Positions 40,087-52,902 of a stretch of 64,000 nt of DNA are shown here, piece after piece. Source of the stretch: Kudoa neothunni. Taxonomy: Eukaryota; Animalia; Cnidaria. The stretch's first letter is position 1, and every line of letters starts with the position of its first letter. A program made the position numbers and the translations under genes. Under the pieces are notes generated by a model. It was not told where the DNA came from. It ran no database searches and saw nothing but the letters and a program-made list of their open reading frames with translations. The stretch spans positions 3,423,631 to 3,487,630 of the forward strand of contig OZ199840.1 in assembly GCA_964304625.1 (NCBI GenBank), given 5' to 3'.

Positions 40087-42287
40087 ATGTGGTTGAAAAT
40101 GAATAATTTTATTATAGTGAATGACCCATCGAATGAAGAATTGGAAGTCTCTCATAATTTAACCTTGCCTATAGACAAGGAATTGGATCGTTATAGGAGA
40201 TGGTTAGCGTCAGGTGCCATCATGAAAAAATTATGTTATCTATTTGTCCTCCTTATCACATTAAGGTCAACGATTCTCAGTGCCAAGGTAAGTTAAATCC
40301 TGGATATTTACTGAAATGGTTGGATTTGAGCTGAACTAATAAGTTCTTTTAGTATGTATTGTTTAGCGACAGTAGGTTGTATTATGGTGAATTTATCGGT
40401 GGAATTGAAAGAACTCTGAATAATTGGTTTCTTAAGGATGTCCAAATTGTGGATAGATCCAAATTAAACACTTTAACGAATAAGAATCAATTGAAGACAT
40501 TCATTTATTCATTATATGCTAAGGTCAATACATGTGATAGAATTTTTTTAATAAAATGTCACAGAATAAAGACATAAACTCAAATTTATTTTATCAATTT
40601 AATTACGTGAATGATACTGCATTAGTGGAAGCTATAGTGTACTTCAAAGGTCATCCAGATTTGACGTAGTTTCAAACGTATTATTTCTAACTATCTAATT
40701 CGCAATTTTAGTGACAATAAATTTTATAATGTGACCTGGAAAAAAGCTAGTACGAGTATTTAAGAATAAATTTAGGGCCTTTTAGCTAAAAAATGTTAAG
40801 TTGTAGGATGTGGATTGAAAGATCGAAGGGATTTCGCCATCTTTTTGGATTATTTCATCGATAAAAACCTTGTTAAGTATTTCAATCAATTTTTAAATAT
40901 CAATTAAATTTTTCTAAGCATCTCAAAATTGCAATTCCTTTTCAACTATAATATTGAGCATGATATTTTCGATGAAAATACGTTAAAACTACATCAAATC
41001 ATTTTCTACGAAATAATACATCAGGTAGGTTTGGTTATTGGCCGATCCTATTCAATCTAACCTTATATTATTAGATTGACTTAAGTATTAACTCGAACAA
41101 TTTTAAAGGAGCAGTCTTAGGGTATTTTACGGATTTAAAATTCAAAAATGTGAAATCTGTGGAAAAAAATGCGTTTGTATATGAACGAAGATTTTTATAT
41201 TTTACTAATCGTGATAACCGAATGTATTGTAAGTAACATATATTATTGTGATTATTTTAACTCGTCATTTTATTGTTGTCATAGTTGATCTCTCAGAGCA
41301 CAGACGTGCCACACTCATCGATGTCACTATGGTGGGGTTATGTGTTATCGACATGCTGTGCTCGGTGGGTGTTCTTATATTTTTCTTTGTAGTTCTACGG
41401 GTAGATTTAATTAGAATTGTGAAAAAATAATTTTTCATTTTATTTGTGAAGAGAATGCTTGTGTTGATTAAGCCTTGGAAGGATCCCTCAAATTGGAATG
41501 TGCTAAAATGCTTGATACATTCAGCATTGTGGCCGATTGTGTTTATTCTTGCGGATTGGTGTTTTCTTTTATCGTTTATCTACAAAAACAATTTCTATAA
41601 TCCAGTGTGAAACTAATCCATATTATCAAACTTTACCTGTGTCTAGGATATTGATGGAAATAAGATCAGCGGCTTATTGGACCTAAGTGCTTTTGTAGCT
41701 ATTTGGTGTTGCAATATGTACTCTTTGAAGTATAATAAATTGTTTCAGGTTCTTTTTTTCACTTAGTATAAATTTATATTTATTATTTAGCAAATATTTT
41801 GTACTATTTTAATCGCCCTGCCAACACTTTTAAAATATTTGGTGTCGTTTACTATTATTTTTGCAGGATTTGTCGTTGTGGGAAGAACTATAGTCGGCAT
41901 TGTTGAGGATCAAGTAGGTGGTATTTGTTTGTCTACACAAATCAACTATTTTAGTTCGATGGTATCGAAATCACGTCTCAAATATTGTTTGCTCTCATGA
42001 ATGGTGATAACGCATTCTTTACTTTCAACGGAATAAATTCAAACTACGGGGCGATTAGTACGTTTTCAAAAATTTTACTCTATGTGTTCATTATTTTTTC
42101 CGTATTCTTCGGTTCACCAATCCTCATCGCCACGATAAACAACCATTTTAGTATCAATGTATGAGTTGGTGTTGCATGGATTCCCATTGTTTGACTTAAT
42201 TTGTAGGAGAATCCTGCGGATTACAATTCTTCCGATCCATTTTTGGAATTGCTTGGACCTCCAAGTTCAACTGAGCTTCAATATTAA
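40087..42287 (+). CDS. Mucolipin/TRPML-like cation channel (divergent), 13 exons
   Basis: Twelve GT-AG introns give a continuous frame: S1, large luminal loop, S2-S5 (ALPTLLKYLV..IIFAGF..VG), pore helix and filter SQILFALMNGDN, S6 (FSKILLYVFI...ILIATI), then TAA at 42285-42287. Confidence 0.8.
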
Positions 42288-43575
42288 ACGTCTAACAGCC
42301 TCATTAACACAAACATATATTAATTTGTCGATCAAAAAATATATATTATCATTTTACTATATTGATATCGAACTTGTTTTGTGACATGCTACATGAAACG
42401 TGCCAAAAAGCATTCAGTATTCAGTAATTGTGAAAACAAATAATTATATATTTTGTGGGTCCAACGTTTACAAATAGTAAAATGCTATTAAGGACCCTTT
42501 AAAAAGTTTAAATAGAAATTCATATGCCATCTATTTTATTTTTTACTTGAGTAAATTGCTTTCTGATCTTTTTAGTTTAAAAAGAAAGAATACTGCCAAT
42601 AATATATCAAATTGTAATAATTTTTGGTTTTTATTCGTGTACTTTATTTTTCTAAATAAAATCCCTCCTCACACTTTGTTTATTTAATATTTTTGTCTCT
42701 ACTAGAACAAAAGGTCTATTTACCGGATACATAAAACGTGTGATTTTTGGCCTTAAAAATTCCCGTTTAATTTAGAGATAAATTATTATCTTTTATCAGT
42801 TAATTTTTACATCATGAATTATTCACCGAAAAACTAATTAAATATACGTGAAAACTTATCCGATATGAATTTAGTTATAATGTTCCTATTGTAAAATTAA
42901 ATTAATGAACATCGATACATTAATAATAAGGAAGGGGCTGCTATTGGCACGGTTCCTAATATCCAGGTATGCGTAGTTTTGACTGCATTTAATTATTCTT
43001 GACCATTGGGAGCGGTAGCGATGAAACAGAATTAATTTAATACAACATATTCTTAGAAATAAACTTTTTAGATCACCTATAACTAGGAGCTACAGGATTA
43101 AACTTGAGCACTCCCACGCACCGACATTTTGGATTAAAATAATCATTCGATAAGTTATCCCAACTGAGGACCTGAAGCTGTTAAATAATTTATAAAAAAA
43201 ATTTATTATTGGGTCAAAATTATTACTATGTAAATTTTAAGGAGCTTGTTAATGTTTCAAAATAATTAAAGCTCTAACATTATTTTTTATAATTATACCC
43301 GAAAACCACTCAGCACTAATATATCTTCTTCAGAAGTTACTCAATCTTCTGATATAATTTAATTACTCTTTCAAATGGTTTGGGTTTTAAGTTTCGAAAA
43401 ATGAAAAAACTAGTATTTTTATCACAAAAAAGTATTAATAGCTAACAAACAAATTTTGTGAATATTGTAGGATTTATTTTCAGTTTGGCGTAGATCAGGT
43501 CGATTTGTATGCTTTTCTTGAGTAACAAAATTAAAAAGATTGAAAAGAGTTCAATTGAGATAGACTTTATTGTTT

Positions 43576-46570
43576 TCAGTTGCTGGTTGAAGTTTGCATT
43601 CCATCGTATTCACAAATAACAATTTCAGGAAGAACTGGCGTCTTTACTTCATTGTTTGTAAAGTTGTCGTTAGGACTATCAATTTGTGTGAGTTTTGAAT
43701 TAGAAAGTGTATTTTCGGATAACCAGACTGTCGTGGATCTCTCATTTAAACTAAAAAACTTTTTGAGAGTTTTTCTTTTATTGTTAATATCTTTATTTGG
43801 TAATAATTGGTGATTGAGACTTTTAGCCCAATAATTGGAGTTATAATAATCTTGGGAATAAGAGATAGGACATGGCGTAATATTGGAAGTTTTTATATCA
43901 AATTTCCCATTATTTTCTATATCTAATGATAAATTTAATGAAGGTGGACTTTTAGAGAATATGGTTTTAGAACTCTGAATAGGATTTTCGATGTGATATT
44001 CTATACTAGCTGACTTTCCTAAGTGAACTCCGTTTCCCTAAATTTGTTAAATTAACAAAGTTACATGCAAAACTCGAAGGTACTGTATAAACATTTGCAC
44101 TTGGAGAATCATGGCTACATTTGAGTCGATTTTCTAAAGGAGACGAATACTTCACATTGTTAGAGTCAGGATTAGCCCAGAAACTAAAATCTTTTGTCGG
44201 AGGTATCATCGACGACTCAGATGGTTCCACACAGTCTGGAGCAATATCTGATTTTACTTCAACGTTGTTTAAGCGTGGTGATGTCGTCTTCGGAATTCCA
44301 GATGTTGATTTTGTTCTTCTTGTACGCCGATTGGCATCAACAACAATATTATCAAGATCGGCCACAAAGTCCCATTTTGGGATACTTAAATATTGATAAT
44401 CTTTTTCTTCCAGCTCTAAACTTACAGAATTGGAAGTATTTTTATTATGGTGTTTGAATTGGGGATCATTGGCCTTTGTATTCGATTTTGAAGTAGAACT
44501 AGTTGTAGTTGAGGGGGATTTCTTGTTAGCTTTGCATTGGCACTTTTCAAAAAATATATTCATATTTCGTTTTAGAGCTTTCATCTCATTTTTAACACTA
44601 ACCAGCTCGTTATTTATGGTATCAATTATCCTTTCCTTGTTGAAAGCCAGCATCTCGAATATGGAATCAATTTTTTGATTCAGTTCGTTGTAATCCATTG
44701 AGATGACAGGTTGACTGGTGCCTTTTGAAAATCTATCGGATGTCATCTTCATCATGTTTATTCCACTTGGCCGAGGATGATCAGTCTAAATGCCGTAAAT
44801 GTTTAAACTATTATCAAACATATATGTATATGGCATGTTCTTCAGCAGAAAAACAATTATATTTAAAATATTTCTAAATTATCCTAGATTTGACATACGT
44901 TTCGATTCGACAAAATATCTGTAGAAATTTTTTCTGGGAATACAATTCCAGTATCACTTGAAAAACTGTCATAAATATTTTTAGCTATGTTTAAATATTA
45001 GTCTTATATGCGTACGAATTTCAATTGTAGAGGTTACTTATTGAAAATATGGTCGGCATTTTTTTTTGTGTTAAAGTTTTATTGGACGAACCCTTGGATT
45101 CAATAGGAAACTTAGTCTCCGAAACCGACGAATTGTAACTACTATAAAGGTTCAGTTCAATTTAATTTGAAGAGGAACATTGAATAAATATGTAAATTAC
45201 TTGCTTGAGGTTTTGTTGCATTCACTCTGCTCAGAAGATCCATAGTTCATAATAAAATTCTAGTTCATAAATGGTGGATTATTCCACCACATTAACACTT
45301 AGCATATGCTTACTCTGTCATAGTTGCTGTGTTCTTCTGTTTGTTGAGGTGAGAATGAACATATCGAATGACGATGCTCTGGTTTATCTGTTTCGGGTGG
45401 CTAATTATGTCCAACGTATCTTTCAGTAAAACCATATCATACACTTCAAAATATTACCCATTCAGATCCAATACAGAAATCCCGGTTAAACGGCCAGTGG
45501 GGGTCATTTTCCATAAAGGCATTACCATAATCAGTTTTCTATATGAAATTAATTTTCGTTATTAAATGAATATATTTTATTGAATCCAGAATTTACCAAG
45601 TTAAAATCCGGGTTTTTAATTTTAAAATTAAAATTTTATAGAAATTTCCTTATTTTTTTATAAGGATCAGAATCCGTTAGGAATTAACAATACATATTTT
45701 TGAAAATCTACTCTATACATTTATCTGCTTGTAATAATACATTTGTTTATTTTTAAAATTATTATATCAGTAAAAGATAACTGAATATGAAATATAATCA
45801 CTTTTGATTGAGGTTTTGGGCCATTTGAAGATTTTTCAACTACTTAAATATGTGATAAACCAAACCTAAAATAAAAAATGAAGGTACAAGTGATTGAAGC
45901 GTGGCGTTGTTTCATAGCGGATTGATCAGGTTCGTTCTCTATTTAAGAAAAACCACTGAAATCGATACATAACATAAATAAAATATGTTAATCGAACTAA
46001 TTATTTTCAATAATATATTATAAAATAAATTCTTCCTATTTTATTATAAATAAAAAATCTACGTTTATGTAGTGATTTGCTCGTCGGTATATTGCATTTG
46101 TCTTTGTCCAGCGTAGATGGTGCTTCACTGATATCAACGCTCTCAACTCTATGCTGTCGCGTGGCCATGTGTTTAATTTTAAATGTCTGTTTTTTATTTT
46201 CTTCTGTATGATTTTTATTATTTACTACGTTGTCAGCTATAGTTATTTTGGTCTTTCTTCCAACTATGCTAAGCTACAAATTCATTGTAAACAGTTGAGA
46301 CATTTTCAGAACTAATGAAGTACGCTTTTTAGTTTGTTTTTCCGGAGTTCTACTTTTTGATTATTTTTATGAGCTGTGAGGTTAATGCGGGGTCGAGAAT
46401 GATCAGATCGGAGGTTTGCACAATTCAAATCGTCTGAGCTCTCACAAAAAACAAAATCCAATATTGCAGAAAATTTCCATTGCGTATCCCAAGTCTTCGC
46501 AAAGAGGCTTGTGGGCTCCACATTTACCTGCTGCTGGTTTAGGCATGGTACTTTTGGATATTCCCCCAAA
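43576..46570 (-). CDS. Orphan family paralog A: S/T/K/N-rich protein with a coiled-coil module (start codon unresolved, upstream of about 46570)
   Basis: Frame-consistent exons: ~46530-46324, 46273-46063, 45938-45888, 45839-45802, 45538-45458, 45400-45314, 45259-45201, 45141-45038, 44984-44899, 44785-~44090, ~44037-43576 (TGA). Supported by homology and shared intron phases with 52903-55175. Confidence 0.65.
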
Positions 46571-47297
46571 CTCAGTGTATATTATTGTTTTTAATATATC
46601 GATGGAAATATCAAGTCTTGTCTTTGCTGTAGTGCCTAGCTCGCGATGGTGTGCTCGAGCTAACAACTAATACTATTCACTTTTCTTGAATTAAGATATC
46701 GTGAGAGATCTATTCATTCCCAAGATTATGCTGATTGACGATTAAATAACTCGGAACAACGAGTTGTCCATAGCTATCTAGTAAAGTGTGCAGGGAAGAT
46801 TATTTAAATTAAGTTAAATTGGTGTAAATTCGAATAACTTACCTATAATTGGTATTTCTCAATGACATTTAGACTCTGATTAATCTCCCACCCTACGGAC
46901 CAAATTTTTCAATCGCATTTACCAATTTTTTAAACATTGCATAAAGTTGTATATATTAATCAATTTATTAAAGGTAACGTTCTAAGGGAGACAATCATAT
47001 AATCCTGTCAATTCATTTAATAACTCCACCATAATATTTTTGCTTATGAATTCCCTTTTTAAGCAAATGAAATTTTAGGCTCAATGTTTTCAATAACCTG
47101 TTATAATTGAATGTTATACCTATATTCTTTTAATAAACAATGGTTCCCATCATAATCATGAAACATATTGACTTTTAATATGAGTGAAAAATTTGTAACA
47201 TATATGATATATAGTTATAGTTATAGGCATGGTAAATATTTTTATGGTATAGAAGCATGTCTGAGAATGAATTTTTTTCAGTATCTTTGATTTCATA

Positions 47298-48270
47298 TTA
47301 ACCCTCTAAGTATACTTGGGTTCTTTTGGACCCCAGGCGACATTAATTATCAATTTTCTATCACATTCACTTGTGAGAAATTTTTGGCAGTCAGTCTATT
47401 CTTCTAAAACGTTCTGTAGTAAAATTTCACCAATTAAACAACTTTTTCATTCCGTAGAAAAAAAGTTAATGCAAAAACACCCTCCAAGTAAAATTGCGGT
47501 CTTTTGGACCCCACGATTTTTTTTCATCCAATTATCCAAAATATTGATTTAAATGTTTGGGAAAACTTTCAACGAATTCTATCGAGTAAATATATTTCTA
47601 TTGCATGAATATCATATCTTAATCCACACCGCGCAATAATTATTTTCAATTATGTGTTCAAGTGATTTTGATAATAATTACTCTGATACCGAGTCTTCAG
47701 ATTCATTTTTTTGTTTCATGATTATTTATTATCAGAAAAATTGGATATTGATACAAATATACAATTTAACATATTAATGAACAAGAACGGAATGTTACGG
47801 TCGATGAACCCACCGTCGGCATCTAGATGCTAGGATATGTGTTGCAAATATTATGAGTGGTCACCCTGGTGTTTCTCCGTTTTTTTACAAAACACTATTG
47901 ATATTATCAGAATATTATCTAATTCTGTTATGTACGCAATTATTTTAAAATATACCAGCACATCGATGAAAAAATTGTTGTTGATGAAAGTATCGATTTT
48001 TATGAAATAGAATTGGATGGGTTCATTAGCTGTTTATTATTTATGGGAATTCACAGGGTTGATCGAGAATCGGTTAAAGAGATATTTTGGTTAGAAGAAG
48101 GAAAGATACATCGTGATTTATTCTTGTTACATAAATTTCTCAAAATAATGCAAGTTTTACATTTTGATGATATGGACAATATTGAGGTAACAAAATAATC
48201 CGAGGAATTTTTGCCATATTTACGAGCTACGGCATATTTGAGTTGATTTTTTACACGTAGTTATCGTCCT
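47298..48270 (+). mobile_element. piggyBac element left end plus transposase fossil
   Basis: TTAA|CCCT end, internal direct repeat tcttttggacccca (~47321 and ~47500), and E-L-D-G-F-I-S-C-L-L-F-M-G-I...I-F-W...I-M-Q-V-L-H-F-D-D. Confidence 0.75.
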
Positions 48271-49014
48271 AATGAAGATTTCAAGTGTATCCATGTTACC
48301 TGTTTTATGTAATAATCTAATGTTGTTTTTGACACAATAATATCTAACAAATTCTATGGTTCTGGATGCTATAACAATATGATAAAACACATATTAAACA
48401 TATTATTTATTATTCTTATTAATATAAGATTATTGTAAAAATTTTTATTTTGATTGATTTGAAATGTGAAAACAATAAAAAAATAATATAATGTGGAGTA
48501 GAAAGGCGAAAACATGAATTAATCCCGAGTTCGAGACTGCGCACTCAGTTTAAAAATGAAGATCACATTGATGACCATGGCAAAGGCCGCTAGAGGTAGA
48601 ATCTACAATGGGTATTATTGAATTGAAGTTTTTTTCCATCTGAATCTTCACACGTATACTTTAGTAAAAGACCGAATTTTAAAAGTACCAACCTACAGCG
48701 AGAGACAATATGTGAATAAAAATATCGATCTTATTAATCACAACGAGAAATATTTGCGGGTCCCTTGTTTGAATGAGGTTGGCCATTATCAATTAAACTA
48801 AAAATAAGGACTCATTAATTGATATAGGTTCAAGAGAGGAATTTCTGTCGATTCAACTATCAATATTATAAAAATTCGTTCAGACGCCGTCTTCCATACA
48901 TGAAACTGAAATTTATAAAACACCCCCATAAACACTATTATTAGTATTGTTGGTATTGACGACTTGTATGTCATTCATTGCGCTTGCGCGTTAATTTCTA
49001 AAAATTCGTAGTTA

Positions 49015-50668
49015 CAGTGGTGTCTCAATATTGCGTAAAATATATTGGATTTTTGGGGCCGGGGAAAAATTACGCAATTTCGAGTTGCTTTTTTTGCTCA
49101 TGCGCGATAACTTTAATTTAACATTTCCTACAATACAACTCATCTATTCTATAATTTTTTTATTAATTTATTGATAATTTCGCGTAAGACATCCTTAAGT
49201 TGATGTACAGAAAATAATTCAATTGGATTCTCAATACACATTTTTTTCGCGGATTTATAAGATTTTATAATTGTCAGGTTGTAACGATTTCATCGTGTTT
49301 TATAAGATCAGGGTTTTCACTCTAAAAATTAAATTTACCTTAATCCTCTTAATTTAAATGTATAATTTTATTTTCTTCCAACAAAACAATATCATTACAC
49401 ATTATTATCTACACATATGGATATTAAAATTTCCTATTAATTACTTTGAAGCTTTATCTTGATAATTTTTCAATAAAAATAAATTATTGTTGTTTGAAAA
49501 TAGGCGGCTTATTAACTCAATTACTAATATTTTAACTGTAACAATTCACTAATCTATTTTAACGTATTAAAGTAATCGAATATGGCATATTTAAATATTT
49601 TTCTCTAATTGGTTGTTATGTGGTGAATTATTCCCAGGTAAATTGGTTGCACCATATTAGCAGTGTTTTTGATAGATGTAGGAGCTGGATGTTTTCGAAA
49701 TAATCGATAGATTAAGGACAATATGAGCATTGTTATATTAAAATAAAAACTTTTCTGTTTCCTTTAATGAACCTCTGGCTCATATCTTTGAGGATCTGAT
49801 GAAATACGGATGAAGATAATCACACATTTATTTGCGAATGGCACTAAACTGAAAGCTCTTTAATTCCTCTAAAACGGAGATTTTTATTAAAATTTTATTA
49901 TTATGTGTAATCGAAATTTTTCTTCGGTCATTGTAGACGTGATAAACATCGTAGCACGTTTTTGAATTATTTTACACCATTACATTGTGCTAATTTTTAA
50001 TAATGGACGTACGCTGTATCAGATGTTCATAAAATTGAGCCGTCTCATGTCTCATCAAAATTTAATATGTATTCTGGATTGTATCTTGACAACATCTCGG
50101 GAAAATTTCTCACCCATACATAAATATATATAAATCAGCCCTCTCCTTCTCCGTGAGATTTGAGTTTTTCAGACCGTAACGCCTTCCGCAATTATTAAAC
50201 TAATCCTCAGTTCCGCTAAAATCTTTTATTCAAATATCTTAGACAATAATACAAGATTATTCGAGCATTAAAAAACTAAATAATAATTTTTCTCTCGCAT
50301 TGAAACTACCCAACTGTAAAAATTATTTTAATATCTATATTTTCGGGGTTTAAATATTTTTCGAAATTTTTAAATATTGGAGTCTATGGTTTTTTGTTGT
50401 TTAGACAAAGTTCTAAAAAGATTTAAATAACCTATTTTAAATGATCGAACAATATTGAAGTTAATATAAATTGATAAACCGAAACGTTTTACAGTAATAT
50501 AATTAGCACCCGATTTAGACCTCAAAAAATTATAGTAATCAATTATTTTTATTATATCTTCATTAGTTATTTGAGAACTTGCAATGCTTTTTATAGTGCA
50601 TCCATCAGATTAAGGGGATTAAAATAAAAAAAAATAAGTTACGCAATAATGAGACTGAGACACATGGT
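49015..50668. mobile_element. Decayed TIR (Tc1-like) element
   Basis: Left end TA|cagtggtgtctcaatattgcgtaa and imperfect inverted right end ttacgcaataatgagactgagacac; repeated ttacgca subterminal motifs. Confidence 0.4.
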
Positions 50669-52902
50669 TTTTCCTAATTTGCTTGATATCCGCCAGTTCA
50701 AAATTTTGTTTTTTCGTATGATTATACATTTAAGAATATTGTATAAGATTTATTTAATGAATTAAAGTACATAATGCTTATAAACTAAATTACGCAGTAT
50801 CGAGTCATGACTGTATTTTCAAGCGAAAACTCGATATTTGCGTAACTTTTGTAATATACTTCGATAATTGATGGATGAGTATACGAGATTATTTTTTAAC
50901 TTGTTTTTAAATGGATAAAATTCACCAATATCATTTTCAAATTATTTTTGAGAAAATATTCAAAATAGACTACCATGGAAATACAATTTCTTTTCTTGTT
51001 CATTTAAAATTTAAAATTAAATTTTAAATAAACACAGGGCATGAATAAATTAACTTGAATCGTAAAAAATCAAATATATTAATTGTAATAGAAACAATGA
51101 TAGTGAAACATTAATTTCGGATTGTAAACCAAATTATAGTTCCATTAGAGAGATGTATCTATGATTAATGGTCAGCTGGAGACTCAGTATTTTCTATGAT
51201 AATTGCAGGTGGAATATAATGTGGGGGCTCAGAATAAATGTCTTGATCATTTTTGCGGATATTTTGAGAAAGAGAAAGTTTCTTCTTGTGACCAGTATAT
51301 TCCTATAGTCATTATCAATCACAAAAAATTTCACATTATTTACTAATTGAATATAAAATAATAAAAAATGATATTATATTAATCCCCTAACGAAATGAAA
51401 ACTATCTACTATGGCGATTCCAATGGAAAGAGGTAACAACAATAATAGTGGATACATCTAATATTCATATCGAGAAAAACATAGATTTAATATGTAGAAA
51501 GAATAATTTAAATTAATAACCTTATATTTTACAATACAAAATGAACACTGTTAAACTCATTATTATCAATACGGTAGACATCGTTTGCTCGTCGTAAGAT
51601 TACGTAAAATTAATAGATGAAAAATTCATCTTTTAATTGTAAATTAGAACTTCTAATTCATTTAAAACAAATAATACATATTTTAGCAATTTTTTTTCAA
51701 ATATATATTATATATATTTCAGATATACAAGCAGGATTACAGCTCCAAAAGGGATTAATATTTTAAAGTTAATCTATGGCATGGATCGGGAGAAATTTCA
51801 TTTGGCACTCGCATTGTTCTCTTGATAATCCACCTTTAATTAATTGATTAATTATTATAAAATATTATTTATAAATTGACATTTTATCGACAAAGTTTAT
51901 TAAAATCGGCGAGTTTCGGAAACTATCGCTATGCCATCGGTCATTAGAATTCTCTGATATTTTATTTTTATAATTGCCAGAAAATAGCCCAGACAGATCT
52001 AAGTATAAAATTTCAAATATTTAGAATTGAAATAATTGCAAGAATTTATAACTAAATCTTTACAATTGTAAATTCCCAATAATTACTTTGGATAGGTAGG
52101 TAAAAGTCTAATAAGATTATTATGTACAAAAATAATTACAATTTATACAAATAAAGTCTAAAAGTTTTTGAAACAATTATTTATTGAATAACTCTTATAA
52201 TATAAGGAAATAAGACCCAATTTTGTTAAATTTCCATTGCGTGAAATTGGCGGGAGAATAAATGTTTTTAATGCATAACTAAAGTAATAAGGGTCTAAAC
52301 GAAGTATTTTATTTTGATCTATTTTCAAAAATACTAAAATAATCCAAAAGTTCTAAAATTATTGATATATGATCGAGATTATTAATTTAAGAAGGTTTAA
52401 GGAATTAGTTTGGCTGTGGCCACTTTTATGAAAACATTTAATCTTAAATAGGGTGAGCGGTTTTTTGTTTGCCACTTTAATCTTCCCAGTTCAAATTTAT
52501 ACATTAATATGCATTTCAATTTTTAAAACTTGCAATATTTCATTATTTTTGACCCACCACTACACCCACCGCTAAGGACTAGAAATAATTCATATAGTCA
52601 AAAATAAATCTCTCTGAATATTTTTTGTCATTAAAAGCCATTTAAAATTATTATTTAGTAGAAAAGAGGCGGTAATTCTAAGCTATATGACGAGTAATTA
52701 CGATTCATTTAGGATATTTATTGAATAAAAGCAGTTAATAAGAATATTAATATTTTTAATATAACTCTTCAATCAAAGAATATAGTTAATTATTTTTTGT
52801 TGTTCGCACCCTAATATAACTTATCTACAAATCGTCATAAGCTTGTACCGTTAAATGCCATATTTTACCGTAATCAACTTTTATAAAAATTTAATATAAG
52901 GC

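Noticed and set aside
45490-45515. NDPHW (A) matching NDPIW (B)
   Set aside because: Exon order and phases align B's NDPIW with A's WDTQW exon, so this match is probably coincidental.
46442-46666. ORF MLARAHHRELG... as the coding frame of a separate gene
   Set aside because: Homology with paralog B supports the overlapping 46312-46569 frame instead.
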